This document shows positions 26,365 to 32,000 of a stretch of DNA of 32,000 nucleotides, in pieces. This stretch comes from Nitrosopumilus maritimus SCM1 (GTDB lineage Archaea; Thermoproteota; Nitrososphaeria; Nitrososphaerales; Nitrosopumilaceae): positions 60,001 to 92,000 of the forward strand of contig NC_010085.1 in NCBI RefSeq assembly GCF_000018465.1, given 5' to 3'. The notes beneath the pieces are model-generated. The model had not been told where the DNA came from. It made no database searches and worked only from the letters and a program-made list of their open reading frames with translations. Every line of letters begins with the position of its first letter. The first letter of the stretch is position 1. Both the position numbers and the translations under genes were made by a program.

Positions 26365-27450
26365 ATGTCTGCAAAACGAGATTATTATGAAGTTTTAGGA
26401 GTATCTAAATCGTCTTCAAATGACGAAATAAAGAAACAGTATAGAAAATTAGCATTAAAGTTCCATCCAGATCGAAATCAATCTGCTGAGGCTGGAGAAC
26501 ACTTTAAAGAAATTTCTGAAGCATATGCAGTTCTTTCTGACACTGAAAAAAGACAACTCTATGATCAACATGGTCATGCAGGTGTAGATGGAAGATATTC
26601 CAGTGAAGATATCTTCCAAGGCGCAAGAGGTGATTTTAGCGATATATTTGGCCGTGGAGGTGGCGGATTTGATTCCATCTTTGAATCAATATTTGGCCGT
26701 GGAGGTGGCGGATTTGGATTTGGGCAACAACGCGGTTCTGATATTCTCTATCAAACATCAGTAACATTGGAAGATGTTTTACATGGAAAACAAATGGAAA
26801 TTGAATTACAAAAACAAATTCAATGTGATACATGTAATGGTTCAGGTTGTAAACCTGGAACTGACAAGAAAACCTGTTCTTCATGTAATGGACAGGGCCA
26901 AGTAAGGCAAACACGTAACATGGGATTTGCATCATTTGTTACTGCTGCGCCTTGTTCTTCATGCAGAGGTCAAGGATCAATTATTGAAACACCTTGCGGT
27001 GATTGTAAAGGTCAAGGAAAAAGAAAGGGCACAAAAAAAGTTACATTTGATATTCCACCTGGAATTGATTCAGGTGATTATACTGTATCAAATGAAGGAA
27101 ACGAAGTACCTGGAGGCTCTAATGGTGATCTAATTGTTAGAATTAGAGTACAACCTCATTCTAATTTTAACAGAGATGGAAAAGATATTTTCTATGATCA
27201 AGATGTTTCTATGGTTGATGCAGCATTAGGATGTGAGGTTATTGTTCCAACTTTGGAAGGAACTGAAAAAGTAAAAGTTGATTCTGGAAGTCAACCAAAT
27301 ACAATAATCAAATTAAAAGGAAAAGGTGTACCACACATCAATTCTAGAGGTAGAGGAGATCAGTATGTTCGAATTGTAGTAAATATTCCTAAAAAACTCA
27401 ACAAACATCAAAAAAATCTACTTGATGAATTTAAACAAACTAGTGATTAA
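26365..27450 (+). CDS. dnaJ: molecular chaperone DnaJ (type I Hsp40)
   Basis: 361 aa. It has a J domain (DYYEVLGV...KFHPDRN), a G/F region, four CxxCxGxG zinc-finger repeats ([32 protein letters not shown]) and a C-terminal substrate-binding domain. Confidence 0.95.
   Translation: MSAKRDYYEVLGVSKSSSNDEIKKQYRKLALKFHPDRNQSAEAGEHFKEISEAYAVLSDTEKRQLYDQHGHAGVDGRYSSEDIFQGARGDFSDIFGRGGGGFDSIFESIFGRGGGGFGFGQQRGSDILYQTSVTLEDVLHGKQMEIELQKQIQCDTCNGSGCKPGTDKKTCSSCNGQGQVRQTRNMGFASFVTAAPCSSCRGQGSIIETPCGDCKGQGKRKGTKKVTFDIPPGIDSGDYTVSNEGNEVPGGSNGDLIVRIRVQPHSNFNRDGKDIFYDQDVSMVDAALGCEVIVPTLEGTEKVKVDSGSQPNTIIKLKGKGVPHINSRGRGDQYVRIVVNIPKKLNKHQKNLLDEFKQTSD
26644..26716 (+). repeat. 28-bp direct duplication within the dnaJ G/F region
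   Basis: ATATTTGGCCGTGGAGGTGGCGGATTTG occurs identically at 26644-26671 and 26689-26716, 45 bp apart. Each copy encodes IFGRGGGGF. Confidence 0.85.
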
Positions 27451-27455
27451 CTGAC

Positions 27456-27989
27456 ATGAAGATTGCATTAGATGTTGATGGTGTACTCGCTGATGTTATA
27501 TTGTCTTGGCTAAATTATAGTAATTCAATTAGACAAGAAATTAAAAAACATGAAATTACTGATTGGGATTTTTGGAAAAAGTTTGAAATTAATCGTTACG
27601 ATTTCTATACTGAATTAAGTTCATGTTGGAAGAATTGGACTTCAATTCCTCCTACTGAAGAAAATCTAACCTCGATCACAAAAAATTTGTCTGATATTGG
27701 TCAGGTAGATATTGTCACCGCAAGAGAACGTTCTACTGATTCTTTTGTAAAGAATTGGCTAAAACACTACGAAATTTCTTATGACAACTATGTTTCAGTA
27801 ATTGATGGTCCTATGAAAGCTGATCTGGATTATGATGTTTTTATTGACGATTCACCATTAAATGCATTAAAATTTCTACAAAATAAGAAAAAAGTAATTC
27901 TATATTCCCAACCTTGGAATCAACATATCACTGAAAAAAATATTCATCGAATTTCAAAACTTTCTGAAGTGATAAAAAAATTAAATTAA
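27456..27989 (+). CDS. HAD-superfamily 5'(3')-deoxyribonucleotidase-like hydrolase
   Basis: 177 aa. HAD motif I is LDVDGVLAD, and later motifs are VTAR and FIDDSP. The size and motifs resemble the NT5C-like family. Confidence 0.7.
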   Translation: MKIALDVDGVLADVILSWLNYSNSIRQEIKKHEITDWDFWKKFEINRYDFYTELSSCWKNWTSIPPTEENLTSITKNLSDIGQVDIVTARERSTDSFVKNWLKHYEISYDNYVSVIDGPMKADLDYDVFIDDSPLNALKFLQNKKKVILYSQPWNQHITEKNIHRISKLSEVIKKLN

Positions 27990-28156
27990 TTTTTTACAAA
28001 TTTTTTAATATTTACTTGATGTCCTTTTCTTACATGTGATGAGTGTGTTGTTTTTAACAATTCTGAAATTTTATCATCATCATAAAATTTGATATTATAT
28101 CTTCCTAGTACTTTTTTACAATTCATACAATAAACTTCTTTGAATTCCATTTCCAT
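27986..28156 (-). CDS. hypothetical small protein (56 aa) with CxxC...HxxH motif
   Basis: Not in the ORF track. My translation gives MEMEFKEVYCMNCKKVLGRYNIKFYDDDKISELLKTTHSSHVRKGHQVNIKKFVKN. It fills an otherwise empty 230-bp gap. Its stop overlaps the stop of the convergent HAD gene. No homology evidence is available. Confidence 0.3.
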   Translation of the reverse strand: MEMEFKEVYCMNCKKVLGRYNIKFYDDDKISELLKTTHSSHVRKGHQVNIKKFVKN

Positions 28157-28220
28157 TTTGATTGATATTGTTTTTTCAGTATAATAAAGAAACTTATTCT
28201 AGATTTCAAAAATTTCCATT

Positions 28221-28305
28221 GCGGGAGTCGCCCAGCCTGGTCAACGGCGTAAGGTTCAGATCCTTATCTTCTAGGAGTTCGTGGGTTCAAATCCCACTTC
28301 CCGCA
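28221..28305 (+). tRNA. tRNA-Leu (anticodon CAG), class II with long variable arm
   Basis: Folded by hand. Acceptor stem GCGGGAG/TTCCCGC. D region GCC-CAGCCTGGTCAAC-GGC. Anticodon stem TAAGG/CCTTA with loop TTCAGAT, giving anticodon CAG. Long variable arm TCTTCTAGGAGTTC. T arm GTGGG-TTCAAAT-CCCAC. Discriminator A. No encoded CCA. It ends 2 nt from the convergent gatE stop codon. Confidence 0.9.
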
Positions 28306-28307
28306 TA

Positions 28308-30212
28308 CTAATTATTTTCTAATTTATTTTTGATATTTTTTAAAAGAAGTTTGTTAATTATTTCGCCCGATGCTTTTCCTCTCAATTCTTTCATAGCAAT
28401 TCCCATTAGAGGTCCAATTGCTCTTTCTTTTTGATTTTCTACAATTTTTTGATTCTTTTCAACAATTTCTTTACAAATACTCTCTAATTCCGATTCATCT
28501 ATAGTCTCAATAGAGGTGTTATTCATTGCCTTCTCTATTGTATGGGATTTTCCATTCATAATGTTCTCAAAAATAATTTCAACTGATTCTTTGGCAATTT
28601 TTCCTTCTTCTAAAAATTGAAATGTTTTTGTTATTTCTTCATTTTTCAACAATTTTGAATCCAATCCATTTCTTTCTAAATTTGTAATGGTTGAACATAA
28701 TATTGATGCAACAAACGTTGGATTAACTTTAGTTTTTTCAGTTATCTTTTCAAATAATTCAAAATAGTTTGAATCAAAGAGTTGTTCTGATAATTGGAGA
28801 TTGAGTTGATATTCTGTTTGAAGATCTTTTATTGAATCATCCCATGACTTTGGAATGTTGTTTATTGCATTATCTAATTCTGTTTTTGAAATTATTATTG
28901 GGGGAATGTCTGTTTCTGGATACATTCTTGCTGCACCTGGTCTTGGTCTAAGAAATTTAGTCTCGCCACTTTGGGTTGCTAATCGTGTATCTATTGGAAT
29001 TCCTTCATTTCGAATGTATTCTATTCTCAAAATTATTTGATCTATGACTACATTGATTTTTTCTTCTGGTGCTGCTAAAACCAAAAATCCATCATTATCG
29101 TTGATTTCTAATGTTTTTTTCAAATCATCAATATCTGTATTTTCAACACCATAATTTGGTAATTCATCAGAATGAAAAACCCCTCCTATTCCAAAAAATC
29201 TGACTAGTTCTGCTACCTCTTTTCCTAATCGAATTCCTTCATGAGGAGCATATCCAAACATGCCTGACATGTTTCTAAAAGAAATTCCAACTATCTTCTG
29301 ATTTTTCTTTATGGCATTTTGAATAATTTTTGATTTACATTTTTTGAATAACTCTGTAACATCCTTTCTGTCATTATCACTATGAGTCCAATCAATTTCT
29401 TGTAATTTTTTTGAGATTTTTAATAGTCCGTGTTGTCTTTTAGCCTCATATTCTACTACTTTTTCTAATTGATCGAGTTGCTGAACTCCTTTAACCTCAA
29501 TTACCGCATTTCCATCTTTAATTGAAACATTAACATCTTGTCTGATTGAACCTAATCCTCTTTTCACTTTTTTAGTACTTCTTAAAATTCTCCCTAATGA
29601 TAATGCAATTTTTTTAATTTCATGTGGGTTTACTTCAAATGGTTCAGTAGCAATTTCAACTAAAGGAATTCCTAAACGTTCTAATCCATATTTTTTAATT
29701 GCCCCATCTTCTCCTAAAATTTTTGCTGCATCTTCTTCAAGACAAATAGATTGAATTCCAATCTCCTTGTCTTCAACATTAAAAGAACCTCCTTGCGAAA
29801 TTAACATTGTACGTTGAAATCCAGTAGTATTTGATCCATCCACAACTGTTTTTCTCATTGGATAAATTTCTCTAAACACATCTGATTTTAGAGCAGATGC
29901 AATAACCAGGGAAATTTTCTTTGCATCAACATCTAATTCATGTGGTGGTTCTTCATCTTGTTCAACTAAACAACTACTTTCTGGATTTGCAAAATACATT
30001 ATTGTTTTTGATTTTGATTTTTCAAATAATGCAGCAGGATCATATTCCCCTAATTCACTTTTTGCAGCACGTAGTTTTCTTTGAAATTTAATAGAATATT
30101 CATCCGTATCAATTGGTGTACAATTACAAAATAATTTTTTATTTGTAGCTAGTTGCTGATGAATTTCAAGTCCTACTTTTACACCTAATTCGTTTATTGA
30201 AAACTCTGACAT
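28308..30212 (-). CDS. gatE: Glu-tRNA(Gln) amidotransferase subunit E
   Basis: 634 aa. It has the N-terminal GLEIHQQL motif of the GatB/GatE family, an inserted AspRS-like domain and a C-terminal YqeY-like tail. It lies directly downstream of gatD. Confidence 0.95.
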   Translation of the reverse strand: MSEFSINELGVKVGLEIHQQLATNKKLFCNCTPIDTDEYSIKFQRKLRAAKSELGEYDPAALFEKSKSKTIMYFANPESSCLVEQDEEPPHELDVDAKKISLVIASALKSDVFREIYPMRKTVVDGSNTTGFQRTMLISQGGSFNVEDKEIGIQSICLEEDAAKILGEDGAIKKYGLERLGIPLVEIATEPFEVNPHEIKKIALSLGRILRSTKKVKRGLGSIRQDVNVSIKDGNAVIEVKGVQQLDQLEKVVEYEAKRQHGLLKISKKLQEIDWTHSDNDRKDVTELFKKCKSKIIQNAIKKNQKIVGISFRNMSGMFGYAPHEGIRLGKEVAELVRFFGIGGVFHSDELPNYGVENTDIDDLKKTLEINDNDGFLVLAAPEEKINVVIDQIILRIEYIRNEGIPIDTRLATQSGETKFLRPRPGAARMYPETDIPPIIISKTELDNAINNIPKSWDDSIKDLQTEYQLNLQLSEQLFDSNYFELFEKITEKTKVNPTFVASILCSTITNLERNGLDSKLLKNEEITKTFQFLEEGKIAKESVEIIFENIMNGKSHTIEKAMNNTSIETIDESELESICKEIVEKNQKIVENQKERAIGPLMGIAMKELRGKASGEIINKLLLKNIKNKLENN

Positions 30213-30220
30213 TTTTTCTC

Positions 30221-31510
30221 CTAAATTGACATTTCAGATGCAATATTATCAAGCATAATTTCTTTTACTTCCTCAATATTCTGAGTATTTCCTAATGCCC
30301 ACATTGCTTTTACTAGAGCAACTTCTGGAAGCATATTCTCTAAAGGAATTATGCCTAAATTTAGAAGATCTCTGCCACTTTCATAGACGGTCATTCTTAC
30401 CCTTCCATCAATACACTGTGATGTCATGCCTAGAAATATCCCTTTTTCACTAGCTTTTTTTACAGAATCATACATGACCCTTCCAATATGTCCTAATCCT
30501 GTACCTTCAAAGATTATTCCTTTGTATCCGTTGTCAATAATTTGTTCAACTAATTTTGGATCATATCCTGGATAGTATTTTACTAATGCAATTTTTGTAT
30601 CTAGATTAATTTTTGGTTGGAATTTTTGAACTTTATAGAACTCTTTTGAAATATTTTTTTGAATTTTTTCTTCTGCAATTATGAAAGCAGGATCATCTCC
30701 TACTGTTTGAAATGCTCCTCGTTTACTTGTATGATTTTTCCTAACTCTTGTTCCAATGTGACATGCAACGGTATTGTCATTTTCATCATTGTGCATAACA
30801 ATGTACACTCCTTTTGTTTTGCTTTCGGTAATGAATTTAGTGGCACCAATTAGATTTAATGCTGCATCTGATGATGCTCTATCCGATGATCTTTGTGAAC
30901 CAACTAAAACAATTGGAACTGGAAATCCTGCGAGTGCAAATGAAAGAAATGATGATGTATAATGCATTGTGTCTGTTCCATGAGCAATGATAATTCCTGA
31001 ATAGTCTGAATTTGAATAACTACTAATTTTATTAGCTATCTCTAACCAATTTTCTGGCATAATGTTTTCAGAATATTCTGATAACAAAACTTCTGCATCA
31101 ATATTTGCAATTTTAGAAAGCTCTGGAACTGATGAATTCAATTCTTCTGCAGTTAGCACTGGAGTAACTGCTCCTGTTCTATAGTCTACTTTACTTGCAA
31201 TCGTACCTCCTGTTGAAAGTAACAATACTTTTGGTAATCCGTCTATTTTGCTGATTTTTTCAAGTTCATCAATATTTTTTTCTGATGATTGAATTTTTTC
31301 AATACTCTCAATTTTTGCAATTTCTAATCCCACATTATACCCACTCTTTAACTTCAGAACAATGTGTTTGTCGTCACTATGCTCATATCGAGGCATAATT
31401 ATGCCTGAATATGTAATATCTGAGAGGATTTTGACTGAATCTCCAACAACTACTTGATTGCTCTTTAGAAATTCTAACGAATTGCCTTCATATCCTCTAT
31501 ATTCTGACAT
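30221..31510 (-). CDS. gatD: Glu-tRNA(Gln) amidotransferase subunit D
   Basis: 429 aa. The asparaginase-like domain has STGGTIAS and HGTDTM motifs. An N-terminal GatD-specific domain is present. An 8-nt gap separates it from gatE. Confidence 0.95.
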   Translation of the reverse strand: MSEYRGYEGNSLEFLKSNQVVVGDSVKILSDITYSGIIMPRYEHSDDKHIVLKLKSGYNVGLEIAKIESIEKIQSSEKNIDELEKISKIDGLPKVLLLSTGGTIASKVDYRTGAVTPVLTAEELNSSVPELSKIANIDAEVLLSEYSENIMPENWLEIANKISSYSNSDYSGIIIAHGTDTMHYTSSFLSFALAGFPVPIVLVGSQRSSDRASSDAALNLIGATKFITESKTKGVYIVMHNDENDNTVACHIGTRVRKNHTSKRGAFQTVGDDPAFIIAEEKIQKNISKEFYKVQKFQPKINLDTKIALVKYYPGYDPKLVEQIIDNGYKGIIFEGTGLGHIGRVMYDSVKKASEKGIFLGMTSQCIDGRVRMTVYESGRDLLNLGIIPLENMLPEVALVKAMWALGNTQNIEEVKEIMLDNIASEMSI

Positions 31511-31542
31511 TTACGAGAATTAGATTTGCTATTTAATTAAAA

Positions 31543-32000
31543 CTACCTGTAATAGGAAGCAACTAGCTTTTCACCCATCTTGAGGTCTTTTTGTTCTCTT
31601 ACTTTCTTTACTGCTTCTTCAAAGTGTTTCATTGTTACTTTGGCTTCTATGCTGCTCTTTTCAACATCTTTTACATCTGGATGTTTGTCTAGGAATTCAT
31701 GAATTACTAATGAAACTGCTGTATTTGCAATAGATGAAGTATCTGCACCACTCATTCCATCTGTAATTTCTGCAATCTTTTCCATATCTACATCATCACC
31801 CATAGGAATTTTTTCAGCATTAATTTCAAGAATACGTTTTCTACTATCTTTATCTGGATTTGGTACTTGAATAATTTTATCAAATCTTCCTGGTCTTAAC
31901 AATGCTGGATCAATCATGTCTGCTCTGTTTGTTGCAGCTAGAACAACAACTCCATGCATGTTTTCCATTCCATCTAACTCTGTAAGTAATTGGCTGACAA
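31543..32000 (-). CDS. CDC48/VCP-type AAA+ ATPase, C-terminal part (gene continues beyond the window)
   Basis: The listed ORF contains VVLAATNRADMIDPALLRPGRFD (second region of homology). I checked that the frame stays open upstream to position 32000 and reads ...VSQLLTELDGMENMHG, the canonical AAA motif. The gene is therefore 5'-truncated by the window edge. Confidence 0.85.
   Translation of the reverse strand, partial: VSQLLTELDGMENMHGVVVLAATNRADMIDPALLRPGRFDKIIQVPNPDKDSRKRILEINAEKIPMGDDVDMEKIAEITDGMSGADTSSIANTAVSLVIHEFLDKHPDVKDVEKSSIEAKVTMKHFEEAVKKVREQKDLKMGEKLVASYYR

Noticed and set aside
23839-27450. The grpE-dnaK-dnaJ block as a recently acquired island.
   Set aside because: I see no flanking mobile genes or repeats and no obvious compositional break. 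The bacterial origin of archaeal Hsp70 systems is ancient and already well known.
28030-28100. Possible C/D-box sRNA: GTGATGA at about 28036 followed by CTGA at about 28071.
   Set aside because: The C-to-D' spacing of about 20 nt is too long for archaeal C/D sRNAs. No C' or D pair follows on the same strand. The TGATGATGA on the opposite strand is simply the Asp codons (YDDDK) of the small ORF.

Overview
This is a visibly AT-rich, densely packed archaeal chromosomal segment with about 35 genes on both strands. Many gene ends overlap by a few nucleotides. The content suggests a marine ammonia-oxidising thaumarchaeon (Nitrosopumilales-like), which is an inference from gene content, not a database hit. 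Supporting genes include archaeal translation factors (aIF2 gamma, aIF2 alpha, S6e, Nop10), AglB, GatD/GatE, a bacterial-type grpE-dnaK-dnaJ operon, a bacterial-type MetK, and an early-cobalt-insertion (cbi) cobalamin block. From left to right the window contains: rps6e, aIF2 gamma and a PIN/Fcf1-like gene; a PEBP protein; AglB; Nop10 (51 aa, missing from the ORF track) and aIF2 alpha; cobO, cbiA, cbiC, cbiX, cbiG and cbiD; an SDR epimerase-like gene; an Sm-like gene with metK; a RadA paralog, an Lhr-like helicase and an RPA-like multi-OB protein; an ABC-2 exporter pair; a short UDP-sugar-dehydrogenase-like gene; tRNA-Gln(UUG); a DUF354 gene; a degenerate full-length UDP-sugar-dehydrogenase-like gene; grpE-dnaK-dnaJ; a HAD 5'-nucleotidase-like gene; tRNA-Leu(CAG); gatE and gatD; and the 3' part of a CDC48-type AAA ATPase that runs off the window. 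I saw no rRNA, CRISPR array, integrase, transposase or recognisable defence system, so this looks like core genome rather than an accessory island. The observations most worth a second look are: (1) a split/degenerate UDP-sugar dehydrogenase pair flanking DUF354; (2) a fused two-domain CbiX that keeps its metal-binding histidines only in the C-terminal half; (3) a perfect 18-bp tandem repeat, (GADGQQ)n, in the DnaK tail; and (4) several small unannotated ORFs. I do not see convincing evidence for a wholly novel system, and the interest scores reflect that.
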